64,000 nt of DNA from Candidatus Poribacteria bacterium (GTDB taxonomy: Bacteria > Poribacteria > WGA-4E > GCA-2687025): NCBI GenBank assembly GCA_963665845.2, contig OY762492.1, positions 2,464,001 to 2,528,000 of the forward strand. The letters run 5' to 3'. The translations under genes were made by a program, and so were the position numbers. Numbering within the stretch: the stretch's first letter is position 1; each line of letters opens with the position of its first letter. The notes beneath the pieces were generated by a model that did no database searches, had not been told where the DNA came from, and was given only the letters and a program-made list of their open reading frames with translations. Below are positions 1 through 8,834 of this stretch, in pieces.

Positions 1-2
1 TT

Positions 3-530
3 CCAATCGGCGAACTGCCGTTTGAAAATCAGGACGGCAAGGCGGTGAACCTGAACGGCTTGGAAGGCTCGCCCGCGCTGCTGTCGTTCATTTTCACCCG
101 CTGCGGAATGCCGAATATGTGTCCAGCGATGACGCAGCGCATGGCGGAGGCGCAGGCGGAGCTGACCGACGCCGAACGCAAGCGCGTCAAACTGATTAGC
201 ATGACGTTCGATCCCGTTTTTGACACGGCGCCCGTCTTGAAAAAATACGGCGAAGCATACGGAGCCGACTTTGAATGCTGGGAATTCTGGCGCGGTTCGC
301 CCGAAGATGTGGAGGCGGTCATGACGAAAAGCCTCGCCTGGGCGGAACCGTCAGCCGACGGGTTCAGCCATAACCCTGTCACCGTCCTGCTAGACGGAGA
401 CGGAAACATGGTGGAGGCGCTGTTGAGCGGCTTTTGGGATCCGAAGGAGGCGGCGGAGTCGCTGCGCCAGCTCTTGAAACAACCTGAAATGGAGGCGGCA
501 AATGCGCCAGTTGAAACTTCCGCCCCTTAA
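3..530 (+). CDS. SCO1/SenC family copper chaperone (5' partial)
   Basis: Frame is open from the window edge; FIFTRCxxxxxCP, SMTFDPxxDT and FSHN motifs. Confidence 0.85.
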   Translation, partial: PIGELPFENQDGKAVNLNGLEGSPALLSFIFTRCGMPNMCPAMTQRMAEAQAELTDAERKRVKLISMTFDPVFDTAPVLKKYGEAYGADFECWEFWRGSPEDVEAVMTKSLAWAEPSADGFSHNPVTVLLDGDGNMVEALLSGFWDPKEAAESLRQLLKQPEMEAANAPVETSAP

Positions 531-831
531 AATCGCGGTGGACCGTCAGCGCGCCCTGACCGTTACCTGGAAGGACGGGTCGCAGAGCGTCTATCCGATT
601 GCGCGGCTGCGTCAAATCTGCCCATGCGCCGTCTGCCGAGACCTGCGGGACGGGTCAAACGATCCGCTGCGCATTGTCCAGACCGATTTGACGCTTCCCG
701 ACGATCTGCATATCAAGGGGGCGAAGAAGGTGGGGCATTACGCGCTTAGTTTTCAGTTCAGCGACGGGCATGGATCGGGCATCTACTCGTACGATTTTCT
801 TTTGGAGAAGGCGCCGCCTGCTGACGAATAA
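502..831 (+). CDS. DUF971 / gamma-butyrobetaine hydroxylase-like N-terminal domain protein
   Basis: LRQICPCAVC, VGHYAL and FSDGHGSGIYSY motifs. Confidence 0.85.
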   Translation: MRQLKLPPLKIAVDRQRALTVTWKDGSQSVYPIARLRQICPCAVCRDLRDGSNDPLRIVQTDLTLPDDLHIKGAKKVGHYALSFQFSDGHGSGIYSYDFLLEKAPPADE

Positions 832-840
832 CAGCTGATC

Positions 841-1022
841 GTTCCCCCTTGTCAAGGGGCTAAGGGGTTAAAGGCAGGCGCGTCGAATGCGAGGCTATAA
901 GATTCCCGCTTACGCGGGAATGACAGGAAGGGGCGCCGGTCGTTCCCTTGAAAAGGGGGCTAGGGGGTTTAAAGGACGGGCGCAGTCCATACTCTGGATT
1001 CCCGCTTGCGCCGGAATGACGG
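841..1022. repeat. Composite palindromic repeat cluster (ATTCCC-N8-GGGAAT plus CCC-TTGAAAA-GGG types)
   Basis: attcccgcttacgcgggaat at 902-921, cccttgaaaaggggg near 945, degenerate copy at 998-1017. Confidence 0.85.
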
Positions 1023-1077
1023 GTGGGGCGCGGGCGGCGGAGTTTGAATGACGCGGAGGAGGCTTTTGAGAAAAGGC

Positions 1078-1368
1078 TTATATTGACCGCCTCCATCGCA
1101 GTATTTGCTGATCGCATTTGGCATGCGGTCCTACCCAGTACCACACGATTTCTCCGTCTTCGATGCTGCCTTCTAAGAATCCGAGAATCCTGTATTGAAG
1201 GTTGATTCGAATGGAGTAATGACCCGGCGCGACTTGCTTGAAATGAAGGCTGCGGCGCCGCGGATTGATTGCAAACCGCTCCATAGCCGTGTCAGCCTTC
1301 TTTTGTAACTGCTTCTGGAGACGGTTATACTCTTTTTCATAGCGGGGACAGCGCCGCGAGCGCATCAC
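1078..1368 (-). CDS. RelE/ParE/HigB-like type II toxin
   Basis: 96 aa basic protein with SLHFK, YSIRINxxYR and WYWVGPH; start overlaps the upstream stop (GTGA). Confidence 0.75.
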   Translation of the reverse strand: MMRSRRCPRYEKEYNRLQKQLQKKADTAMERFAINPRRRSLHFKQVAPGHYSIRINLQYRILGFLEGSIEDGEIVWYWVGPHAKCDQQILRWRRSI

Positions 1369-2078
1369 TCGTCCTCAAAAACAATCGGCATCGTTTTGCC
1401 TGCCCGGTACGCTTTCCGCCCCTCTTCCGCCCATGCTTGCAGCGCCTCCTGCGATTCGGGCCGGCTCAGCAGCTCGTCCCAGATCGCTTGCGACTCCCGT
1501 TCCGCCTGCATGATCGGCTCAAACTCTTCTCTGTAGAGGTCCGGGTTGAGGCAAATAGCCTCGTAGATGTCTTCGTGGGCGTCTTCCGCTTCGCCTCTCT
1601 CTTGGTGGATGAGTCCTTTTAAAAGGTACGCCTCCGCGCAATCGAAGTCGAGGCGGGTCGCTTTTTCAAAGCTTTCAATCGCGGCGTCCTGATCGCCCGC
1701 CTGCGTATACGCTTTGCCCAAGCGCAGATAGGTCTCCGCTTCGGGGTTCAGCTCCGCCGATTTGGAAAAGTCCGCAATCGCCTCGCCTATGTTGACCGAT
1801 CCGCTCTCTACCTTGTTCAGCGCCATCGCGGCGCGGCCGCGGCAGTAGTAAAGACGCGCCAGCGCTTTAGTACCCCTGTCGCCCAGGTCAACCTGAGCCG
1901 CCAGCTCAACCGCCGTGTTGAGATGTTGACGCGCCTTCATGAGCGCCGACTTAACGCCGAGCCTGTTTGCGTTACTGATCTCCGCATCCGCCGCCTCAAT
2001 GGCGGCGGCCGCTTCTACCACAGCCTTTTCAAGCCCTGAGAAGTCGTAACGGCCTTCCGGTTTCCTTAAATACTGCAT
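1365..2078 (-). CDS. TPR-repeat protein with C-terminal antitoxin-like tail
   Basis: TPR motifs (YYCRGRA, YLRLGKAY, YLLKGLI); acidic tail WDELLSRPESQEALQAWAEEGRKAYRAGKT resembles small antitoxins of this toxin family. Confidence 0.75.
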   Translation of the reverse strand: MQYLRKPEGRYDFSGLEKAVVEAAAAIEAADAEISNANRLGVKSALMKARQHLNTAVELAAQVDLGDRGTKALARLYYCRGRAAMALNKVESGSVNIGEAIADFSKSAELNPEAETYLRLGKAYTQAGDQDAAIESFEKATRLDFDCAEAYLLKGLIHQERGEAEDAHEDIYEAICLNPDLYREEFEPIMQAERESQAIWDELLSRPESQEALQAWAEEGRKAYRAGKTMPIVFEDE

Positions 2079-2107
2079 GCTCGCTCTCCGTTAATGCGTC
2101 TATAAAG

Positions 2108-2135
2108 TTTATACCGCGCCGCAGGGCGTTGTCAA
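2108..2135 (-). promoter_or_regulatory. Sigma70-type promoter for the TPR-toxin operon
   Basis: TTGACA-16 bp-TATAAA on the minus strand; conserved upstream of the paralog (52411-52438). Confidence 0.7.
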
Positions 2136-2222
2136 GCCCCGCTTGCCGACCTTGTCCTTAGAGTTTGGAGAATTCTGAATGACGTCTTACCGCAAGGGCG
2201 GACAGCGCTTGCGATGCCTAAG

Positions 2223-2355
2223 ATTCCCGCTTACGCGGGAATGACAGGGAGGGGGGCGGGAATGACAGGGCGGGTGCGGGGATGACAGGGAGGGGGAGCG
2301 GGGATGGCAGGGAAGGGGGCGGGAATGACAGGGCGGGTGCGGGGATGACAGGGAT
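2223..2355. repeat. Palindrome followed by a ~21-bp tandem array of its right half (GCGGG[AG]ATGACAGGG)
   Basis: About 6 consecutive GCGGG[AG]ATG[AG]CAGGG units. Confidence 0.85.
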
Positions 2356-2450
2356 TAGAGGCGCGGAAGGACGACAGGCGGGCGGCGGTTTCGCCGATGT
2401 TCATAAAGAGGGAACCTCTCCGCCCGAAGACGGAGAGGTTGAAACCGCGG

Positions 2451-3041
2451 TTAGCGCGCTTTGAGGCTTCCCCAGGTTGCCGCCGCTTTGCCCTGCGGCT
2501 CCACGCTGGTTTGAAGGTCGCCGGGGGTGTATTCGCCGTGGTACCAACGCATATGGTCAAGCCAGATGCTGGACGGCTCAAACGCCACATGCAGCGTCAG
2601 CGAGGCGGGATCCACATCGGCGTCCGGCGTGTATTCGACCCAGTATTCCGCCCATTCGGCGGTGAGATTGACCCTCTTGGCGCCGTAGCCCGTCCAAGGG
2701 TCCGCCGCCTTTTCGGGTTTGATGTTGATTTCAACTCCTGGGTCGGACATGGCGAAAAACGCCCAGGTTTGGAGCGTCCCGCCTTTGAAAGCAAGCCCCT
2801 CCGGTTTGTATTGAATGCCGGAGTCCCAGAAGTTTGCCCCCGCTTCTTCGACGACAGCGCGCAGGCTCGCGGAGCCTTCATAGGCGCGTTCGTTGTCGCT
2901 TGAAAGGGTCGCCGTTCCGTACCCTGTCCACGGGTCGATCCCGTCCTCAAAGCTTGGGTTGTCGAGCATGTTGTCTTGCGCGGCGGCCGTTGCCGCGACC
3001 AGCAGAGCGGTCAGCGCCGAGAGTTGTATCTTACGCAGCAT
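2451..3041 (-). CDS. Secreted CBM4/9-like carbohydrate-binding protein, paralog 1
   Basis: Signal peptide; NMLDNPSFEDG; tail SVEPQGKAAATWGSLKAR. Confidence 0.8.
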   Translation of the reverse strand: MLRKIQLSALTALLVAATAAAQDNMLDNPSFEDGIDPWTGYGTATLSSDNERAYEGSASLRAVVEEAGANFWDSGIQYKPEGLAFKGGTLQTWAFFAMSDPGVEINIKPEKAADPWTGYGAKRVNLTAEWAEYWVEYTPDADVDPASLTLHVAFEPSSIWLDHMRWYHGEYTPGDLQTSVEPQGKAAATWGSLKAR

Positions 3042-3061
3042 GTGTTCTCCAAAATGGAATG

Positions 3062-3655
3062 TTATTGAGTTTTCAAGGAAGCCCAGGTTGCCGCAGCTTT
3101 GCCGTTCGGATCAACGGATTGCGGCTCTGGGTTGAAAGGCTCGTATTTGCCTTCGTACCAGCGCGCGTCATCGAACCAGAGCGCCGCCTTGTCGAATTGG
3201 ATGTGAAGGGTGAGGGCGGCAGGTTCCACAGCGACCTCAACCTTCCATTCTGTCCAGAACTCCTGATATTCTTCGGTGAGGTTGGCGCGCACCTCTCCGT
3301 AGGCGGTCCAGGGATCAACCGCCAGCTCCGGCTTGATGTTGATCTCCACCGGCGGGTCTGATTTGGCGAAGAACGCCCATGTGTAGTCGATGCCGTCTTC
3401 AAAGACGGTTCCATCGGGTTTGTACTGCAGCCCCGCGTCCCAGAAATTGGCGCCGGGAGCAGCGATATCGATTTTCAAGGCATGGCCGCCGGTGTGGGCG
3501 TCTTTATCGATTTCGTGCGCCGTGCCGCCGGGGTATATGGACCAAGGTTCCAAGACGCCGTCTTCAAAACCCGCGTTTTGAATCATATTTTCCTGCGCAA
3601 AAGCGGTTCCTGCAACGGCAAAAGCCGCCAGCGCGATCAGTTTGAGATGCCGCAT
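3062..3655 (-). CDS. Secreted CBM4/9-like carbohydrate-binding protein, paralog 2
   Basis: Signal peptide; NMIQNAGFEDG; tail SVDPNGKAAATWASLKTQ. Confidence 0.8.
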   Translation of the reverse strand: MRHLKLIALAAFAVAGTAFAQENMIQNAGFEDGVLEPWSIYPGGTAHEIDKDAHTGGHALKIDIAAPGANFWDAGLQYKPDGTVFEDGIDYTWAFFAKSDPPVEINIKPELAVDPWTAYGEVRANLTEEYQEFWTEWKVEVAVEPAALTLHIQFDKAALWFDDARWYEGKYEPFNPEPQSVDPNGKAAATWASLKTQ

Positions 3656-3694
3656 ACGCTCCTCTCTGCGATTGCGTTTGAATTGAATGCAAGT

Positions 3695-4321
3695 TTACCG
3701 CGCTTTGAGAGACGCCCAGACTGCCGCCGCCTTGCCGCTCGGATCAACAGACTGCGGCTCGCCGTCGAAGGGGACATATTCGCCTTCATACCAGCGCGCG
3801 TCGTCGATCCAGATGGTCGATTTATCGAACTGAATGTGCAGCGTGAGCGACGCGGGATTCACATCGATTGGCGCCGTCCATTCTGTCCAATACTCCTGGT
3901 ACTCTTCAACAAGAAAAGCGCGTTTTGCCCCGAAACCTGTCCACGGATCCTGCGCCAGCTCCGGCTTGAGATTCACCTCAACAGGCGGATCCGACTTGGC
4001 GAAAAACGACCATGTATATAGGACTTCGCCTTCAAAGACAACGCCGACAGGTTTATACTGCAGCCCTGCGCTCCAGAAGTTCTCGCCCGGACCGGCAACC
4101 TCGATTTTGAGCGCGCGCTTGCCCGTATGGGCATCCTGCTTTCCAACGATGCTCGTCGCGGCGTCGGCGCCGTATTTGTTCCACGGGTGAAGAACGCCGT
4201 CCTCAAAGCCAGGGTTCTCGATCAGATTGACCGGGTCGTCTGCCGTTGCGGCAGACGCGAAAGCAATACATACAGCGACCGCTGCGATTCTCCATGAACG
4301 ACGCATCTGGCATCCTCTCAT
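3695..4321 (-). CDS. Secreted CBM4/9-like carbohydrate-binding protein, paralog 3
   Basis: Signal peptide; NLIENPGFEDG; tail SVDPSGKAAAVWASLKAR. Confidence 0.8.
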   Translation of the reverse strand: MRGCQMRRSWRIAAVAVCIAFASAATADDPVNLIENPGFEDGVLHPWNKYGADAATSIVGKQDAHTGKRALKIEVAGPGENFWSAGLQYKPVGVVFEGEVLYTWSFFAKSDPPVEVNLKPELAQDPWTGFGAKRAFLVEEYQEYWTEWTAPIDVNPASLTLHIQFDKSTIWIDDARWYEGEYVPFDGEPQSVDPSGKAAAVWASLKAR

Positions 4322-4433
4322 TCATACCGTTCATTGGCGGTTAAACCATGATGAAGTGTAGCGGGGTCTGATTGCAAAGGCAACTGCAATGCTGTAAGAT
4401 GCGTAGGCAACATTTCATCTGGAGATTGATCGT

Positions 4434-5279
4434 ATGAAGCTCGGATTTTTGACGCCGTTTTCGGAAGACGCGCTCCAACTCGCCAAACAGGGACCTTTTG
4501 AATGTCTCGAAATCGGCGGCGCGGCGGGATGGATCGACAACCCTGAACAGCGACAACAAGCGAAGACGCTGCTAGACGAATACGGCATGTTCGCCTCCTC
4601 CTTCATGGTACTCGGACCCTCCATACGGACGACGAAGGAGCAGATGCCGGCGGAGCTGGAGAAGATGTCCAAGCTGATGGACATGGCGCTGCAGTTTGAC
4701 GGAGCCGTCCTAACAGGCGCCGCGCCGATGGGATACGACCCGTCCCAAAACCTGGAAGCGAATGTCGCCATGTTTAAAGAGGTGTACAGCCCCATCGCCG
4801 ACATCGCCGAGCAGAAAGGGGTCAACATCGCCTTTGAAAACTGGCCGGGCGGACGCGGACCCTACGGCGACGGCGGAAACTTAGCCGTCACCGCCGAATC
4901 GATTGCGCTCATGCTGGAAGCGGTGCCGTCGGAGCGCATCGGGCTTGAGTTTGACCCGTCCCATTTCATCTGGCAGGGCATCGACAGCTTCGCCGCCGTC
5001 CGCGAGTTCATCGACCGCATCCACATCATCCACGCCAAAGACACCGAGATCAATGAGGAGCGGGTCAAGCGTTCTGGGACATGGGGGCGCGGCTGGTGGC
5101 GCTACCGCCTGCCCGGTTTCGCGCGGTTCGACTGGCAAGGTTTTTTCGCCCTGTTTTACGAGCTGGGCTGGGACGGCAACATCGTCATTGAGCATGAGGA
5201 CGGTTCGTTCAGCGGCGATCGGCGTCCGCTTGGTTTTCTGTTGAGCGGCGATTATCTCAAAAAGGCGTTGATGGAGTGA
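4434..5279 (+). CDS. Sugar phosphate isomerase/epimerase (xylose isomerase-like TIM barrel)
   Basis: AFEN, GLEFDPSH, HAKD and IEHED metal-ligand motifs. Confidence 0.85.
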   Translation: MKLGFLTPFSEDALQLAKQGPFECLEIGGAAGWIDNPEQRQQAKTLLDEYGMFASSFMVLGPSIRTTKEQMPAELEKMSKLMDMALQFDGAVLTGAAPMGYDPSQNLEANVAMFKEVYSPIADIAEQKGVNIAFENWPGGRGPYGDGGNLAVTAESIALMLEAVPSERIGLEFDPSHFIWQGIDSFAAVREFIDRIHIIHAKDTEINEERVKRSGTWGRGWWRYRLPGFARFDWQGFFALFYELGWDGNIVIEHEDGSFSGDRRPLGFLLSGDYLKKALME

Positions 5280-5283
5280 AACG

Positions 5284-6075
5284 TTGTATCTTGGATTGAA
5301 CGGCAAAACGGCGGCGGTCTGCGCGTCCAGCCGAGGTTTAGGGCGCGCCGTCGCGTTCGGCTTGGCTCAAGAGGGCGCGCAGGTGGCGGTCTGCTCGCGC
5401 AGCGAAGAGAATATCCGCGCCGCCGCGGAAGAAATCGCCCGCGAAACAGGCGCGCCCGTCCACGCGACGGCGGCGGATGTGTCGGTACCAGAAGACGCGC
5501 GCCGCTTTCTAGCGGAAGCGCGCGGCGCCTTCGGACAGATCGACATTCTTGTAACAAACGCCGGCGGACCGCCCCCTGGCGGGTTCGATGACACCCCCTC
5601 GGAAAGCTACGACCTCGCCCACCGCCTGACGTTGATGAGCGCCGTCAATCTGATACGCGACGCCGCGCCTGAAATGAAGGAGCGGCGATGGGGGCGCATC
5701 GTCAACATGACCTCGCTTTCGGTCAAGCAGCCGATGGACAATCTGATCTTGTCGAACACGGCGCGCGCGGCGGTCGTCGCCTTCGCCAAAACGGCGGCGA
5801 CCGCGCTCGCGCCGTATCATGTCACCGTCAACAATCTCTGCCCCGGCATCATCTACACGGACCGCATTGTTGAATTGACGCAGGCGCGCGCCGACGCCAA
5901 CGGAACCACCCCCGAAGAAGAAGCGGAGGCGCTCAAGGCGGACATCCCGATGGGGCGGCTCGGCGATCCTGCCGAGTTTGCGAACGCCGCCGTCTTTTTG
6001 GCGTCCGAGGCGGCAAGCTACATCACCGGCGCGACGATACAGGTGGACGGCGGCGCCGTGAAATCGCTTCTTTGA
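5284..6075 (+). CDS. SDR family oxidoreductase
   Basis: ASSRGLG, DILVTNAGGPPPG, SYITG..VDGG. Confidence 0.9.
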   Translation: MYLGLNGKTAAVCASSRGLGRAVAFGLAQEGAQVAVCSRSEENIRAAAEEIARETGAPVHATAADVSVPEDARRFLAEARGAFGQIDILVTNAGGPPPGGFDDTPSESYDLAHRLTLMSAVNLIRDAAPEMKERRWGRIVNMTSLSVKQPMDNLILSNTARAAVVAFAKTAATALAPYHVTVNNLCPGIIYTDRIVELTQARADANGTTPEEEAEALKADIPMGRLGDPAEFANAAVFLASEAASYITGATIQVDGGAVKSLL

Positions 6076-6905
6076 CAGCGCGCTGGAATCCGGACGCGAA
6101 ACGGCGCGCTGTGCTATGGGGCGCCGCGTTTTATATCGGCTTTGCGAAGGCGGGCTTCGGCGGCGCGGTCGGTCTCGTTGCAACGCCGCTGCTCGCGCTT
6201 GTCATGCCGGCGAAGCGCAGCGTCGCGCTCGCTCTGCCGCTCCTGCTGTTGACCGACATCGCCAATATCGGCATGTATTGGGGAATGTGGGATTTGACGG
6301 CGGGTCTCTGGCTGCTGCCCGGGGCGGTTGTCGGGACGCTCATGGCGACGCGCGCGCTCGTGCGCCTGTCGGATTACTGGGTTAAAAAAACGCTCGGAAT
6401 ACTCGCGCTCACTTTTGCCCCGGCGCAGCTGGCGCAGACGCTAATCTGGCCCGAATGGACGCCGGGAGCGCTCGCATGGGGCTTGCCGTCCGCGCTGATT
6501 GGGCTTGCGGTCGGGTTCGCTGTCGGCGTGTTTTCAACCATCGGGCATGTGGGCGGGGTCGTCTCCACGATCTATTTTCTCGCCGTTCTTCCAAAAGAGA
6601 ACATGAACACGGCGCTGGTCGGCACGACGACGATCCTGTTCTTCTGCCTGAACGCGCTCAAAATGGGAACCTACGGACAGGCGGGGCTGATGAAGCGCGA
6701 GACGATGCGGCTCATACCGCGCATGCTCCCGATGCTCGCGCTGGGACTCCTGGCGGGAAAAGGGGTCAACGCGGCGCTCGGCGGCGACAGGGTGGACGGG
6801 TTCATTCTGGCGTCGCTGATCGCGGTCGCGGCGATGGGCTGGAAATTGATACGTACGCCAAAACCGGCGCCGGAGGTTACTCCTCCGTCAGATTCGGCCA
6901 AATAA
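6072..6905 (+). CDS. Sulfite exporter TauE/SafE family membrane protein
   Basis: GFAKAGFGG, PLLLLTD; multiple TM helices. Confidence 0.8.
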   Translation: MTARWNPDAKRRAVLWGAAFYIGFAKAGFGGAVGLVATPLLALVMPAKRSVALALPLLLLTDIANIGMYWGMWDLTAGLWLLPGAVVGTLMATRALVRLSDYWVKKTLGILALTFAPAQLAQTLIWPEWTPGALAWGLPSALIGLAVGFAVGVFSTIGHVGGVVSTIYFLAVLPKENMNTALVGTTTILFFCLNALKMGTYGQAGLMKRETMRLIPRMLPMLALGLLAGKGVNAALGGDRVDGFILASLIAVAAMGWKLIRTPKPAPEVTPPSDSAK

Positions 6906-7929
6906 CGAACATTTCCGAGACATTGTCGATGTCGATGCGCCGGCGCGGCGCGTAGTAGGTCGGCGTCAAAAGCGGACCTTGTCGCGTGAAGGCGTCCGGC
7001 GTCGGGTCGCCGCCGTCGACAAGCTGAAGCGCGATCTCCAGCGCGCGCTGCGCCGCCGCCATCGGCATCGTGTCGATGTCTAGATCATGCTCGCGCGACA
7101 GAATGCGCCGGCTCGTCTCTCGGCTGGAGCCGACGCCCGCCGATTCGATGGCGTCGGCGGAACCGCGCCCGCGCGCCGCCGCCGCAAACACAGCGGCAGA
7201 CCCAAACGCTGGATCGGCGGACAGCAGAACCTGGATATTGTCCGCGTATTTCTGAAGCTCATAACTGACGAACCTGAAGGCGTCCGACGGATCTTTCGGC
7301 GAATACCGCGCCACAATGCGCACATTCGGGTCCTCGTCCAGAACGCTGTAGATGCCCGCCGCCGCGAGCCGATCCTCCTCGTTTCCGCGCGGACCCTCCA
7401 CAACGACAGCGTTCAGAAGCGGTCCGATCTTACTCCGCGGATTCTGCGCCGCTTTGCGCCGCCGCTGCCGATGCGCCCGTTCAAGAGCGTACTGCGCCGC
7501 CTCCCTACCCGCCGACCTGTAATCGACCGTCACAAAGCCGTCCGCCGCCAGATCGGGCGGAAGCGTGTCTAAAAAAAGAACAGGCACGCTTTTCCTGCGC
7601 GTCTGAAGTACGCCCAGCTCCGCGTATTTTGGGTCCGCTTGGCGCATGATGAGCGCCTCAACCTTTTCCTTATTGAGCATCCGGTCAAGGACGCGCCGGA
7701 CATTCGTTTTGCGCGGCAAATCCGCCTCAAAGTCGTCCTCGTCGATCCAGACGGCGCGGACGCCCCGCCCCTCCGCGTAGGCGGTCAGCTCCCGTTCCAC
7801 AGCCGCGTTCACCGGATTTTCGCGCGTGAAGGAAAAGACGCCGATTGACCGAGACGGCGCATCGTCCTGACAACCAAGAAGGCAGGCGAGAACCGCCCAA
7901 AGAAGCCCGCAAACTCCGACCCGCGTCAC
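6877..7929 (-). CDS. Sugar ABC-type periplasmic binding lipoprotein (RbsB-like fold)
   Basis: Lipobox LLGC; VPVLFLD, VTVDYRSAG and VVEG motifs. Confidence 0.7.
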   Translation of the reverse strand: MTRVGVCGLLWAVLACLLGCQDDAPSRSIGVFSFTRENPVNAAVERELTAYAEGRGVRAVWIDEDDFEADLPRKTNVRRVLDRMLNKEKVEALIMRQADPKYAELGVLQTRRKSVPVLFLDTLPPDLAADGFVTVDYRSAGREAAQYALERAHRQRRRKAAQNPRSKIGPLLNAVVVEGPRGNEEDRLAAAGIYSVLDEDPNVRIVARYSPKDPSDAFRFVSYELQKYADNIQVLLSADPAFGSAAVFAAAARGRGSADAIESAGVGSSRETSRRILSREHDLDIDTMPMAAAQRALEIALQLVDGGDPTPDAFTRQGPLLTPTYYAPRRRIDIDNVSEMFVIWPNLTEE

Positions 7930-8687
7930 CAGTCTTTTTCAACGAATCGCCTGGGGGGAACCATGCTCCGCAGCCGCCTTGCCTGTTGTCCAGGGCTGTC
8001 TTGTCCGAGCATCTGCAGCAGGCGGCGCGTCTCCTGGCGGTCAAGGTTGCCGTCCCGAAAAGGGGCAGGGCGGTCGCGCGCCGTGTCGCTCATGTCGGGT
8101 CTGGGGCTTCGGTCGTTCGGTTGATCGCCGACCGAAGAGGGCTGCTCCAGCTGTTTCAGGGCGAGTTCCAGATTGTGCTTCGCGTCCTTGTCGTCTGGAC
8201 GCCGTTTGAGGTAGGCGGCGTAAGCGTCGACAGCGTCCGCGTATCTGCGCATGGCGTAAAGCGCGTTTCCGAGGTTGTACCGCGCATGGCCGCTGACAGG
8301 ATGGTCGGCTTGCCGCGCGGCGTAGGAGAGCGCGTCGGCGGCTTGCCGCGCGTTTTGATTTGCCAGCCGCGCCGTCCCTAGATTGTACCGCGTCTGTATT
8401 TCCGCGCTGGAGCCGAGTTTCGTTTCCTTTACGGCGCGCTGATACTGGTCGGCGGCGGCGGCGTACTCCCCTTTTTGGTACCGGTCGGCGCCCCGCTTCG
8501 CGTGTTGATAAGCGTCTCCGCAGCCCGACGACAACAGCAGCGCCGATAGAATCGCGAGAAGCGCAAAGGGAGTTATTCGCTGCGATGGCGTTGGATCAAG
8601 CGATGCGCCTTTTAAGATTCCCGCTTGCGCGGGAATGACGACAGGGGGCGCGGACGCATTCGGGTTAAAAAATGAAAATCTCCGCAT
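7926..8687 (-). CDS. TPR lipoprotein (BatC-like)
   Basis: YNLGTA, YNLGNALY, DAKHNLELA and C-terminal EKDW; lipobox SSGC. Confidence 0.75.
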   Translation of the reverse strand: MRRFSFFNPNASAPPVVIPAQAGILKGASLDPTPSQRITPFALLAILSALLLSSGCGDAYQHAKRGADRYQKGEYAAAADQYQRAVKETKLGSSAEIQTRYNLGTARLANQNARQAADALSYAARQADHPVSGHARYNLGNALYAMRRYADAVDAYAAYLKRRPDDKDAKHNLELALKQLEQPSSVGDQPNDRSPRPDMSDTARDRPAPFRDGNLDRQETRRLLQMLGQDSPGQQARRLRSMVPPRRFVEKDW

Positions 8688-8748
8688 GAGCGCGCCGCCC
8701 TCGAAATGGAAGCGTGAACGAATCTTGCTTTCATGATTCCTTCGATTT

Positions 8749-8777
8749 TTGCGCGGCGCAACCGTTCGCGGTATAAT
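8749..8777 (+). promoter_or_regulatory. Sigma70-type promoter upstream of the ECF sigma operon
   Basis: TTGCGC-17 bp-TATAAT. Confidence 0.55.
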
Positions 8778-8834
8778 TCGGCGTAACTTGCGCGGGGGCG
8801 GCGGCGTTCTATAAGTAGCATGAAAGGGTAACTT

